This document shows positions 47,470-56,581 of a stretch of 57,469 nucleotides of DNA, piece after piece. The notes beneath the pieces are model-generated. The model did no database searches. It had not been told where the DNA came from and saw nothing but the letters and a program-made list of their open reading frames with translations. This stretch comes from an uncultured Candidatus Micrarchaeota archaeon (lineage in GTDB: Archaea > Micrarchaeota > Micrarchaeia > Anstonellales > Anstonellaceae), in NCBI GenBank assembly GCA_903892905.1, contig CAITKI010000153.1:1-57469 (forward strand), read 5' to 3'. Every line of letters starts with the position of its first letter. The first letter of the stretch is position 1. The position numbers were made by a program, and so were the translations under genes.

Positions 47470-48246
47470 ATGAAAATCACGCTGGACTGGCGCAAGGGCG
47501 CGAGGGAGAATGCCGAGGCCCACTATTCGCAGTCAAAGGAGCTTGCGAAAAAGGCAGAGGGCGCGCGCAAGGCGATTGAGGAGACCAAAAAAGAGATGGC
47601 TGCTGCTGGCAAGGAAAAGGAGCGCGCTGACGTCGAGGCCTCGGTTGCCCCTGCGATGAAGCGCAAGAAGGAATGGTTCGAGAAATACCGCTGGTTCTAC
47701 ACGTCTGGAAACAGGCTCGTGGTTGCTGGCAGGGATGCCAAGCAGAATGACTTGCTGGTGTCAAAAGTGATGGCGGAGGAGGACTTGTTCTTCCATGCGG
47801 ACATACAGGGCGCGCCAGCCACCATTTTGCAGGACGGGAAGAAGGCAAGCGAGCAGGAAAAGAAAGAGGCTGCGCAGTTCGCAGCATCGCATTCATCTGC
47901 CTGGAAAACCGGCGCAGCGGGCGTGGATGTTTATGCCGTTGAAAAAAGCCAGCTCTCCAAGCATGCGCAGGGCGGCTATGTTGGCGCAGGAGGCTTTGCC
48001 ATTGCAGGCGAGCGCGAATGGTTCCGAAGCACTGCGTTGGGGCTGTCCATAGGAGTGAAGGGCGGCGTGGCAATCGTGCTGCCAGTTGTCCACCAGGAAG
48101 CCGCAACTCTTCCATATTCGTTTTTCCCAGGAGCAAAGGAGAAAGGCGCGGCTGCAAAGGAGCTTGGCAAGGCGATTTCTGCAAACTCCGACGAAGTGTT
48201 GCTTTCGCTTCCTGCAGGGAAGTTTAGCATAAAGAGGCGGGTTTAG
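47470..48246 (+). CDS. N-terminally truncated NFACT/Rqc2 protein (coiled coil + NFACT-R)
   Basis: ITLD....ENA..Y, WFEKYRWF, GRDAKQN, FHADIQGAP. Confidence 0.82.
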   Translation: MKITLDWRKGARENAEAHYSQSKELAKKAEGARKAIEETKKEMAAAGKEKERADVEASVAPAMKRKKEWFEKYRWFYTSGNRLVVAGRDAKQNDLLVSKVMAEEDLFFHADIQGAPATILQDGKKASEQEKKEAAQFAASHSSAWKTGAAGVDVYAVEKSQLSKHAQGGYVGAGGFAIAGEREWFRSTALGLSIGVKGGVAIVLPVVHQEAATLPYSFFPGAKEKGAAAKELGKAISANSDEVLLSLPAGKFSIKRRV

Positions 48247-48788
48247 TGACTGCTTTTGAGAAAATCGCCCTCCACACATCCATGTTGCGCACTGAGGAAA
48301 GGACGTGCGGCACGATATATATGGTTGATGAGAATGGGAAGCGCCTGCTGATTGACAGCGGCGATGGGCAGGTGGCACTCGGCTTCACACCAGACATCTG
48401 CATCCTCACGCACGGGCATTTTGACCATTCATCAGGCGTCAAGCCAGACTGGAAGCAAGTGCTTTTGCACCCTGCGGAGTTCAGGTTTGCTGGCCCTCAC
48501 ATCAAAATCCCGAAAAACGCGGAGAAAAACCCAATGACACCTCTAATGTTTGGCTCGCATGAGCTTTCGTTTTTCCACACGCCAGGGCACACAGACGGCA
48601 GCGTCTGCATACTTGACAAGAAAACCGGCTTGCTTTTCTCTGGCGACACAAAGTTTGCTGATGGCATCTACGGAAGGACGGACATTGGCGGAAGCGATGA
48701 GGAAATGGAAGCGAGCCTTGCGCTGATTGGCAAAATTCCTTACAAACTACTGTGCCCGGGGCATGGCAATTTAGAGGAGAAAAAATGA
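48246..48788 (+). CDS. MBL-fold metallo-hydrolase
   Basis: THGHFDH, TPGHT, FSGD, PGHG. Confidence 0.88.
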   Translation: MTAFEKIALHTSMLRTEERTCGTIYMVDENGKRLLIDSGDGQVALGFTPDICILTHGHFDHSSGVKPDWKQVLLHPAEFRFAGPHIKIPKNAEKNPMTPLMFGSHELSFFHTPGHTDGSVCILDKKTGLLFSGDTKFADGIYGRTDIGGSDEEMEASLALIGKIPYKLLCPGHGNLEEKK

Positions 48789-49423
48789 AGCACGAGGAGC
48801 TTCTTGCAAAATACGCGCGCAGCCGCAGGGACATTGAGGCGCGCCTCGCGCACTTCGAAAGCGTTGGAAAAAAAGGCGGGAGGCAGCTTTTCGAGGAGCT
48901 CTGCTTTTGCCTTCTCACGCCGCAGAGCAAGGCGCGCTCGTGCGATTCCGCCATCCATGAGCTGAAGGAAAAGAAACTGCTATTTTCAGGCGATGTCGCT
49001 GCAATTGCCCGCGTGCTTGCCAAAAAAACGCGCTTCCATAACAATAAGGCGCGCTATCTTGTTGAGGCGCGCGAGAAATTCTCTGCAAATGACTTTGCCC
49101 TGCTCTCAAACCACACATTTTCCGGCACTGAGCGACATGCGCGCGAATATTTCCTGAAGAATGTGAAGGGGCTGGGCTTGAAGGAAGCCAGCCACTATCT
49201 GAGGAATGTTGGGCGTGGCAGCACGCTTGCAATACTAGACAGGCACATACTCAAGAACCTCGTGAAATGCGGCGCGATAAAGAGCGTGCTTGCAAGCCTG
49301 ACTGAGAAGCGTTATTTGGAAATCGAGCGCAAGATGGAAAAGTTCTGCAAGCAAACAGGCATTCCGCTTTCGCATCTTGACCTTCTTTTCTGGGCAGAGG
49401 AGACCGGTGAGATTTTCAAATAG
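48785..49423 (+). CDS. ogg: 8-oxoguanine DNA glycosylase/AP lyase
   Basis: ELCFCLLTPQ, RFHNNKA, VKGLGLKEASHYLRN, ILDRH, LDLLFW. Confidence 0.9.
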   Translation: MKHEELLAKYARSRRDIEARLAHFESVGKKGGRQLFEELCFCLLTPQSKARSCDSAIHELKEKKLLFSGDVAAIARVLAKKTRFHNNKARYLVEAREKFSANDFALLSNHTFSGTERHAREYFLKNVKGLGLKEASHYLRNVGRGSTLAILDRHILKNLVKCGAIKSVLASLTEKRYLEIERKMEKFCKQTGIPLSHLDLLFWAEETGEIFK

Positions 49424-49452
49424 AGCACTGCTTTTTTAAAGGGGAACCCCAG

Positions 49453-49472
49453 AAGTTAACAATCGTTAACTT
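49453..49472. promoter_or_regulatory. Perfect palindrome downstream of the TATA box, putative operator of the suf operon
   Basis: AAGTTAAC-aatc-GTTAACTT between TTTTTAAA (about 49433-49440) and SD AGGTGA. Confidence 0.65.
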
Positions 49473-49483
49473 AGGTGAAACAG

Positions 49484-49855
49484 ATGCTCCCTTGCTCCGA
49501 AGTCCATTGGAAAATACTCCCGTCAGTCTGCTCCCAGCTTGCGCTTTGCATGGAGAAGGAAAAAGTCCCGCGCGCGAGCATCGCCGCGGCGCTTGGCACC
49601 AGCGAAGCGGCGGTTTCTCAATACATCTCGGGCAAGCGCGGGGCGGGAAAGCTGCCTGCTGCAGCGAAGAAGGAATGCTGCGCGCTTGCGAAGAAGTTTG
49701 CGTCCGGGAAAGTGAAAGCCAGCGAGATGGATGTGGGCATATCGATGATTGTGGTGATTGCAAAGGGGAGCACGCTTGGGAAGAATGACCCCTGCGCGAT
49801 TTGCATGAGAATTGGAAAAGAGAAAGATACGGCTGTTAAGGGAAAGAAGAGGTAG
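49484..49855 (+). CDS. Cys-rich HTH transcriptional regulator (COG2522-like)
   Basis: IAAALGTSEAAVSQYISGKRG; Cys at PC, VC, LC, CC and PCAIC. Confidence 0.78.
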   Translation: MLPCSEVHWKILPSVCSQLALCMEKEKVPRASIAAALGTSEAAVSQYISGKRGAGKLPAAAKKECCALAKKFASGKVKASEMDVGISMIVVIAKGSTLGKNDPCAICMRIGKEKDTAVKGKKR

Positions 49856-49861
49856 ATTTTG

Positions 49862-50593
49862 ATGGCACTTTTATCGCTTAAGAGCCTGCAGGTAAGCGCG
49901 AGCGAAAAGGAAATCATACGAGGCATATCACTTGACGTGGGAGAGGGGGAAGTGCATGTCATCATGGGGCAGAATGGGAGCGGAAAGTCCACCCTTCTCT
50001 CCGCACTTGCAGGAAACCCGAAATATTCTGTGAAAGGCTCTGCGCTATTCGAAGGGAAAGACTTGCTGGCGCTTAAGCCGCATGAGCGCGCAAGGAGAGG
50101 GTTGTTCCTAGCTTTCCAGTCTCCAATAGAGGTGCCAGGCATCTCGCTTGCCAGCATGCTCCGCCGCGCGTATGCCGCTCGCTTTGGCGATGAGATGAGC
50201 GCGGCTGAATTTGACAAGATACTTCAGGCAAAATCAGAGGCAATGGGGCTGGCTCGCTCGTTCTTCTCGCGCGGCATAAATGACGGCATGTCCGGCGGCG
50301 AGAGGAAGATGAGCGAAATATTGCAGCTCTCCGTGCTTGAGCCTAGGCTTGCCATGCTGGACGAGCCCGATTCTGGCCTGGATGTGGACGCGCTGGAGCG
50401 GGTGGGCGCGGCGATTGGCAAGATCCGAAAAAATGGCATGTCCATGCTGATTGTCACTCACTATGCGCGCGTGCTTCGCAGCATCAAGGCGGATAGGGTG
50501 CATGTGATGCATATGGGGAAGATTGTGGCGTCGGGTGATGAAAAGCTGGCGCAGAAAATTGAGGAGAAGGGCTATTCATGGGTATTGCAATGA
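49862..50593 (+). CDS. sufC: Fe-S assembly ATPase
   Basis: GQNGSGKST, FLAFQSP.E.PG, SGGERK, LDEPDSGLDVD. Confidence 0.93.
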   Translation: MALLSLKSLQVSASEKEIIRGISLDVGEGEVHVIMGQNGSGKSTLLSALAGNPKYSVKGSALFEGKDLLALKPHERARRGLFLAFQSPIEVPGISLASMLRRAYAARFGDEMSAAEFDKILQAKSEAMGLARSFFSRGINDGMSGGERKMSEILQLSVLEPRLAMLDEPDSGLDVDALERVGAAIGKIRKNGMSMLIVTHYARVLRSIKADRVHVMHMGKIVASGDEKLAQKIEEKGYSWVLQ

Positions 50594-52020
50594 AGAAAGC
50601 TGGTAACGTTGCAGAAAAATATGGCAGGGATGCCAAGCTGTCAGCTTTGCCTAGCGAAAGAAAGCTCAATGTAGGCTACAAAACGAAAGAGAAAGGGCTC
50701 ACTGAGGCGCTGGTGCGCGAAATTTCAGATGTGAAGGGAGAGCCGGAGTGGATGCTGAAAAAGAGGCTGGACTCGTTTGCGATTTTCAAGCAAAAGCCCA
50801 TGCCTTCTTTCGGGCCTGACCTGTCGAGGCTTGACCTTGATGCGCTCACTGCATTTGTGCGCCCGAAAGGCAAGGATGCTGCGCCCACTAGCTGGAAGGA
50901 TGTGCCGCCAGACATTCGCAAGACTTTTGATGTCTTGGGCGTGCCTGAGGCAGAGCGCAAGTTCCTGTCAGGCGCGTCCGCGCAGTATGATTCCGAGGTG
51001 CTTTACAAGTCGCTCCGCAAGAATATTTTGGAGCTGGGCGTGATTTTTACAGACATGGACAGCGCGGTGAAAGAGTACCCTGAGCTTGTGAAAAGGTATT
51101 TCATGACGCGCTGCGTGCCTGCGAAGGACAACAAGTTTTCCGCGCTCCATGGGGCTTTCTGGTCAGGAGGCAGTTTTGTCTACGTGCCGCAAGGAGTGAA
51201 AGTGCCCCAGCCCCTCCAAATTTACTTCATGATGAACTATCCCGGCTTTGGGCAGATGGAGCACACTCTCATTGTCGCGGAGCAGGGCGCGTCGGTGCAA
51301 TATATTGAGGGCTGCTCGGCGCCGCACTATACGAAAGACTCTCTGCACTCCGCAGTGGTGGAGATATTCGCAGGAAAAGGCAGCCGCGTGCGCTACACCT
51401 CCATTCAGAACTGGAGCAAGAACGTCTACAACCTGAACACCAAGAGGGCGATTGTCTCCGAGGATGCCGTGATGGAATGGGTGGGCGGCACGCTGGGCTC
51501 GGGCGTCACCATGCTTTACCCATGCAGCATGCTGGTGGGCAAAGGGGCGCGGGCAGAGCACCTGACAATTTCGCTTGCGGGCGAAGGGCAGGTGAAGGAC
51601 ACTGGCGCAAAGGTGCTGCACATGGCGCCAAATACATCTTCTCGCGTGGTGTCGAAAAGCATTTGCAGAGGCGGAGGCTTAGTTCGCTACCGCGGCTTAT
51701 TGCACGTAGGCAAAGGATGCACTGGTGTGAAGGCAAGCGTGCGCTGCGACAGCATAATTGCGGACAGGAAGTCCATCGCAGAGACAGTGCCAGTGATTGA
51801 TGTGCGCTCGGATGATGCAATTATCCAGCACGAAGCGGCAGTGGGAAAGATTTCGGATGACCAGCTTTTCTATTTGATGAGCCGCGGCATCGATGAGAAC
51901 GAGGCAGTGTCGCTCATTGTGCGCGGCTTCATCGAGCCGATTGTGAAGGAGCTGCCGCTCGAGTATGCCGTGGAGATGAACCGCTTGGTGGAAATGGAGA
52001 TGGAAGGTGCGGTTGGATGA
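50590..52020 (+). CDS. sufB: Fe-S assembly scaffold
   Basis: QYDSEV, WSGGSFVYVP, YIEGCSAP, QNWSKNVYNL, ELPLEYAVE. Confidence 0.95.
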   Translation: MKKAGNVAEKYGRDAKLSALPSERKLNVGYKTKEKGLTEALVREISDVKGEPEWMLKKRLDSFAIFKQKPMPSFGPDLSRLDLDALTAFVRPKGKDAAPTSWKDVPPDIRKTFDVLGVPEAERKFLSGASAQYDSEVLYKSLRKNILELGVIFTDMDSAVKEYPELVKRYFMTRCVPAKDNKFSALHGAFWSGGSFVYVPQGVKVPQPLQIYFMMNYPGFGQMEHTLIVAEQGASVQYIEGCSAPHYTKDSLHSAVVEIFAGKGSRVRYTSIQNWSKNVYNLNTKRAIVSEDAVMEWVGGTLGSGVTMLYPCSMLVGKGARAEHLTISLAGEGQVKDTGAKVLHMAPNTSSRVVSKSICRGGGLVRYRGLLHVGKGCTGVKASVRCDSIIADRKSIAETVPVIDVRSDDAIIQHEAAVGKISDDQLFYLMSRGIDENEAVSLIVRGFIEPIVKELPLEYAVEMNRLVEMEMEGAVG

Positions 52021-52742
52021 AGGCTGAGACAATAAGCATTGCAGCTGGCAAGGAAAAGTGCATGCTGCTCCAAAACACCAGCTCTGCAACTTATTCCATT
52101 TCGCTTGCAGAGGGCGCAAAGGCAGAGATTGCAATCATCAATTCTGCTCCGCTGGACGAGAATGTTGAGATGAAAGTGGATGTGAAGATTGGCAAGAATG
52201 CCGCGCTGAAGCTCATTGGCTGCACGCTTGGCGGGAAGGAAACGAAAAACGAGGTGAAAATCTCGCAAAAATCCGGCAGCAGGTGCGAGCACTTTGAAGT
52301 GGCGCTGCTGACTGGCGCCCAGCGGTTGATTGCGCGCACAGAGCACCTGCATTGCGAATCGAAAAGCTTCTCGCGCTCCTCGTTCCGCTACGCCGCGGCA
52401 GGAAGCGCGCAAGTTGATGTACAGGGCAATGTGGAAATTGCACAGAAGGCTGTTGGGGCTGACGCGCATTTTGTGGCAAAAAGCCTGCTGCTGTCAAGGG
52501 AGGCACGCGTGCGCGTGGTGCCCATGCTCTCGGTGAAAACAGGCGATGTCAAAGCAGGGCATGGCGCTGCCATGGCACCTGTTTCCGCAGATGAATTGTT
52601 CTACCTTGAGTCGCGAGGCATCGAAGGGAAGGAAGGAAAGCGCATGATATTGGAAGGCTTTTTGCTGGAGTTTGAGGCGAAGCAGATGGGGAAGGTGAGA
52701 AAGGCAGTGGAAAAGAAAATCGGTGAGATTGATGGCATTTGA
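52017..52742 (+). CDS. sufD: SufD-like protein (short)
   Basis: DVKAGHGA, ELFYLESRGI. Confidence 0.82.
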   Translation: MKAETISIAAGKEKCMLLQNTSSATYSISLAEGAKAEIAIINSAPLDENVEMKVDVKIGKNAALKLIGCTLGGKETKNEVKISQKSGSRCEHFEVALLTGAQRLIARTEHLHCESKSFSRSSFRYAAAGSAQVDVQGNVEIAQKAVGADAHFVAKSLLLSREARVRVVPMLSVKTGDVKAGHGAAMAPVSADELFYLESRGIEGKEGKRMILEGFLLEFEAKQMGKVRKAVEKKIGEIDGI

Positions 52743-53940
52743 CGTTGATGCGATACGGGACGATTTCCCAATCCTTGCGCGAATGGTTAACGGCAAGAGA
52801 ATTGCCTACCTTGACAATGCCGCAACCACGCAAAAGCCTGCCGCTGTGCTTGATGCCATGCGCGAGTACTATGAAAACAGCAATGCAAATGCGCACCGCG
52901 GCGGCAATGCGCTTGCTGAAGAGGCAACGGAAATTTACGAGAATGCACGGAAGAAAGTGGCGCGCTTTGTGGGCGCGGCACCATCTGAAATTGTTTTCAC
53001 AAGGAATACTACTGAGGCACTGAACTTTGCCGCGCGCTTCTGCGCAGGGCAACTGGGCGCCAAGCGCATTCTTCTGACCGAGATGGAGCACCACTCCAAC
53101 ATTGTGAACTGGCAGCTTGCGGCGAAAAGCGCAGGCGCTTCAATTGGCCATGTGAAGATGCGAAGCTACGGAAAGCTTTGCAATGAGGACGTGGAAAAGC
53201 AGCTGGAGAAGCGCCCTGGCGCGTTTTCCTTCACGCACGCGTCAAACGTGCTGGGCACGGTGAATGACGCGGATGCGCTTTGCAAAATGGCGCGAGAGGC
53301 AGGCGCGTTTTCCGTTGTGGATGGCGCGCAGTCAGTGCCGCACATGAAAGTGGATGTGCATGAGATGGGCTGCGACTTTTTCGCATTCTCTGCGCACAAG
53401 ATGCTGGGGCCCACGGGCTTGGGCGTGCTATATGTGAAAAAGGAGCTTGCCGACAAGCTTGAGCCGATATTTGGCGGCGGAGGGGCAATTGAAAGCGTGA
53501 TGCTTTCAGGCACCACATTTGCGCGCGCGCCCCAGAAGTTCGAGCCAGGCACGCAGGATGTTGCCGGTGCAGTGGGGCTGGCTGCTGCGATTGAATACCT
53601 TGAGAAAGTGGGCATGGGCGCGATTGAAAAGCGCGTGGAAGGGCTGCACAAGGCGTGCATTGCCGGCTTGAAGGAAGTGGGTGGCGTGCATGTGCATGGC
53701 AATGGCGAGAAAACCGGGATAATTTCATTCAATGTCGGCAGGCTGCATGCTCACGATATTGCGCAGATTGCCTCGGATGATGGCGTGATGCTGCGCGCAG
53801 GGCACCACTGCTGCCAGCCGCTCATGAAAGTGCTTGGCGCATCGGCAACCGCGCGCGCAAGCTTCTACCTTTACAACACAGAGGAGGAAGCGCAGCGGCT
53901 GGTGACATCTGTGAAACGCGCGAAAAAGGTGCTCTCATGA
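52732..53940 (+). CDS. sufS: Cysteine desulfurase
   Basis: YLDNAATTQKP, EHHSN, DGAQ, SAHKMLGP, RAGHHC. Confidence 0.93.
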   Translation: MAFDVDAIRDDFPILARMVNGKRIAYLDNAATTQKPAAVLDAMREYYENSNANAHRGGNALAEEATEIYENARKKVARFVGAAPSEIVFTRNTTEALNFAARFCAGQLGAKRILLTEMEHHSNIVNWQLAAKSAGASIGHVKMRSYGKLCNEDVEKQLEKRPGAFSFTHASNVLGTVNDADALCKMAREAGAFSVVDGAQSVPHMKVDVHEMGCDFFAFSAHKMLGPTGLGVLYVKKELADKLEPIFGGGGAIESVMLSGTTFARAPQKFEPGTQDVAGAVGLAAAIEYLEKVGMGAIEKRVEGLHKACIAGLKEVGGVHVHGNGEKTGIISFNVGRLHAHDIAQIASDDGVMLRAGHHCCQPLMKVLGASATARASFYLYNTEEEAQRLVTSVKRAKKVLS

Positions 53941-54410
53941 ACGAGGACATGTACCGGGAGAACATCCTGGACCATTACAAGTTGCCGCATCACCGCGGCA
54001 AGATGGCAAAAGCTAGCTGCAGCGGGCATGCAATCAACCCTTTTTGCGGGGATGACATCACTTTTTACCTGAAGATGGAAAAGGGAGCGGTTGCGGACGT
54101 CTCGTTTGAAGGGCATGCTTGCGCGATTTGCACTGCCTCTGCTTCCATGCTCACTGATGAAGTGAAAGGGAAAAGCGAGGCAAAGGCGCGCGCAATCGGC
54201 AAGGAGCGCGTGCTGGAAATGCTGGGAATTGCGCCAGGCCCCACGCGCCTGAAGTGCGCGCTTCTGCCGCTCAAAGCATTCAAGCTGGCGCTTTATTCGC
54301 ATTTGGGCAAGAAGATGGGTGAGAAGGAAAAAAGAGAAATTGACGAGGCGGATGAAAACAATGCGGAAGAAGCCGGGAAAGATTCGGCGAGTGGGAAGGT
54401 GAGCAAATGA
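53937..54410 (+). CDS. sufU: SufU/IscU-like scaffold or sulfur acceptor
   Basis: YRENILDHY, NPFCGD, CAIC.AS, RLKCA. Confidence 0.88.
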   Translation: MNEDMYRENILDHYKLPHHRGKMAKASCSGHAINPFCGDDITFYLKMEKGAVADVSFEGHACAICTASASMLTDEVKGKSEAKARAIGKERVLEMLGIAPGPTRLKCALLPLKAFKLALYSHLGKKMGEKEKREIDEADENNAEEAGKDSASGKVSK

Positions 54411-55249
54411 TACGTTTCGGCCCAGCAGGGATTCCGATTGGCACGCCTGGCAAGGCAGGCACGGCAGAAGGCATTGCTTACTGCCGCGAGATTGGGCTTG
54501 GCGCAATGGAAGTGGAGTTTGTCCATGGCGTGAAAATGGGCGAGCCTGCGGCGCGCGCTGCCGGGGAAGTGGCGCGCAAAAGCGACGTGCTGCTTTCCTG
54601 CCATGCACCTTACTACATCAACTGCTGCGCAAAGGAGGAATTGAAGATTGCGGGAAGCGTGCGCCACATTGTTGCAACCGCGCAAGCGGCGTTTTGGCTT
54701 GGCGCCACGCCTATTGTCATCCACCCGGGCTTTTACATGGGAAGACCTGCTGTCGAGTGCAGGAAAATGGTGATATCCACCTTCCAGCGCTGCCTGGATG
54801 AAATGGCGCGGCTCAAAATCAACGGCGTGCAGCTTGGGGCGGAACTTACTGGCAAGAAAAGCGCGTATGGCTCGCTTGATGAAATCATCGGCCTGGGGGA
54901 AGAGTTTGGCTTGAAGCAGGTGGTGCCGGTGATAGATTTTGCGCACTATCATGCGCGCGAAGGGAGGCTGAAGACGCAGGAGGATTACGCGCGCGTGCTG
55001 GAGAAGGTGGAGAAACGGCTGGGAAGCGAAGCCGCGCACAATTTCCACTGCCATTTCTCAGGCATAGAAGTGATTGAGGCGGGTGAGAAGAACCATCTGC
55101 CCATTTCCTCGCTCTCGCCGCCGTTTGAGCCCCTTGCCGCCGCGTGGGTGGAGAACGGGTGGAGCGGAAAGGCGATTTGCGAGTCGCCGCTTATAGAAAA
55201 GGATGCGCTTGCCATGCAGGCAATTTATAAGAAGGCGGGCAGAAATTAA
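54407..55249 (+). CDS. nfo: Endonuclease IV-like AP endonuclease
   Basis: HAPYYIN, HPG, ELTGK, IDFAH, HCHFSG, CESP. Confidence 0.87.
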   Translation: MIRFGPAGIPIGTPGKAGTAEGIAYCREIGLGAMEVEFVHGVKMGEPAARAAGEVARKSDVLLSCHAPYYINCCAKEELKIAGSVRHIVATAQAAFWLGATPIVIHPGFYMGRPAVECRKMVISTFQRCLDEMARLKINGVQLGAELTGKKSAYGSLDEIIGLGEEFGLKQVVPVIDFAHYHAREGRLKTQEDYARVLEKVEKRLGSEAAHNFHCHFSGIEVIEAGEKNHLPISSLSPPFEPLAAAWVENGWSGKAICESPLIEKDALAMQAIYKKAGRN

Positions 55250-55252
55250 GGC

Positions 55253-56449
55253 GTGGACAACGTCAAGAAAATGTATTTGTTCTGGTTCTTGCGCGAATTT
55301 TTTCTAGTGGGAGCGGTCACTGTCCCATTTTTTATTCAGTGGGGCGGCATTGACTATGCGCAGATTTTCACCCTCCAGGCTGTTTTTTACCTAGTGATAA
55401 CCGTCGCGCAGGTGCCCACAGGCGCATTTGCAGACAAGTACGGGCGCAAAAACTCCCTGTTGATTGGAAGCGCGCTTGGAACGGCCGGCATCTTGGTGTA
55501 TTCATCCGTGCCCAGCATCTGGGTGTTCCTGCTTGCAGAGGTGATTGTGGGCCTTGCCTATTCGTTCATAGGCGGCGCAGACATGGCGCTGGCCTTCGAG
55601 TCTGCAAGGAAGGGCGGGCAGAAAGCTCCGCAGGTGTTTACAAATTCGCAAATCCTCTACTACGGAGCCGCCATGCTTTCCGCGCCAGTGGGAAGCACAC
55701 TTGCCTATTCGCTTTCCTGGATGGGACCTGAAAGTTTCAGGTTGGTTTTCATGATAAGCGCGCTTCCTGTGCTTGCGGCAGGGTTGGTGGCGCTCACGCT
55801 TGAGGAAAAGCACGGCAAGCCAAGGCATAGGCGAGGGGTTGTGAAAATATCGAAGGATGGGATTGATGCCGTTCTGAAAAACCGCTACCTAACTGCGCTG
55901 ATTGCAGACAGGGCGTTGATAGGTTCCTCTGTGATTTTCATATTCTGGTTCTACCAATCCATACTCGCGGCGCACGGCGTGGGTGTGTTTTGGAACGGCC
56001 CTGTTTCTGCCGCATTCAACCTCATCTGCGTTGGCCTGCTCGCCTTTTTCGGCTTTGGCGTGCACAGGCGCGTCAAGGAGGTGGAGAGGCATTTTGGCGC
56101 GAAAAACATCCTGTTTGCAAGCGCACTTGTGATGGGCGTGCTTTACATCGTGGCGGCGTTCTCGCAAAGCATTTGGCTGGCGCTTCCCGCCATCCTGTTC
56201 ATCCCTGCAATGAGGGCGGTACGCGAGCCTGTGTTGCTGGACCTGATAAACAGCGAAAGCAGCAACCGGCGCAGGGCGACCATAAACTCTGTGGCAGATA
56301 TGGCTTCGGGCATAATCTTGATTGTGCTCTATCCGCTAGTCGGCATGCTGGCAGACATCTCGCTTTCCTTTGCGCTTGCATTGCTTGGCTGCCTTGCCCT
56401 GGCATCCACGATTGCCATGCAAAAAGCCTATCAAAAGTTGCAGAAGTAG
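55253..56449 (+). CDS. MFS transporter
   Basis: VPTGAFADKYGRK motif A; 12 TM helices; RRATINS. Confidence 0.88.
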   Translation: MDNVKKMYLFWFLREFFLVGAVTVPFFIQWGGIDYAQIFTLQAVFYLVITVAQVPTGAFADKYGRKNSLLIGSALGTAGILVYSSVPSIWVFLLAEVIVGLAYSFIGGADMALAFESARKGGQKAPQVFTNSQILYYGAAMLSAPVGSTLAYSLSWMGPESFRLVFMISALPVLAAGLVALTLEEKHGKPRHRRGVVKISKDGIDAVLKNRYLTALIADRALIGSSVIFIFWFYQSILAAHGVGVFWNGPVSAAFNLICVGLLAFFGFGVHRRVKEVERHFGAKNILFASALVMGVLYIVAAFSQSIWLALPAILFIPAMRAVREPVLLDLINSESSNRRRATINSVADMASGIILIVLYPLVGMLADISLSFALALLGCLALASTIAMQKAYQKLQK

Positions 56450-56581
56450 GCTAGGCGCGTCTTTGGGGTCAGTTTTTTAAGCTTTCGGAGCAATAACGAG
56501 ATGGAAAATCCGCCCCTAGGATACGGGCTCGAATTCGTGCTGCACGGGCGGATGGATGCTGCTGATAGCGAAGGTGGATTT

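Noticed and set aside
56053..56078. Possible hairpin insert in the MFS gene (FGVHRRVK)
   Set aside because: The stem needs three G-U pairs and has no direct repeat; compatible with chance.
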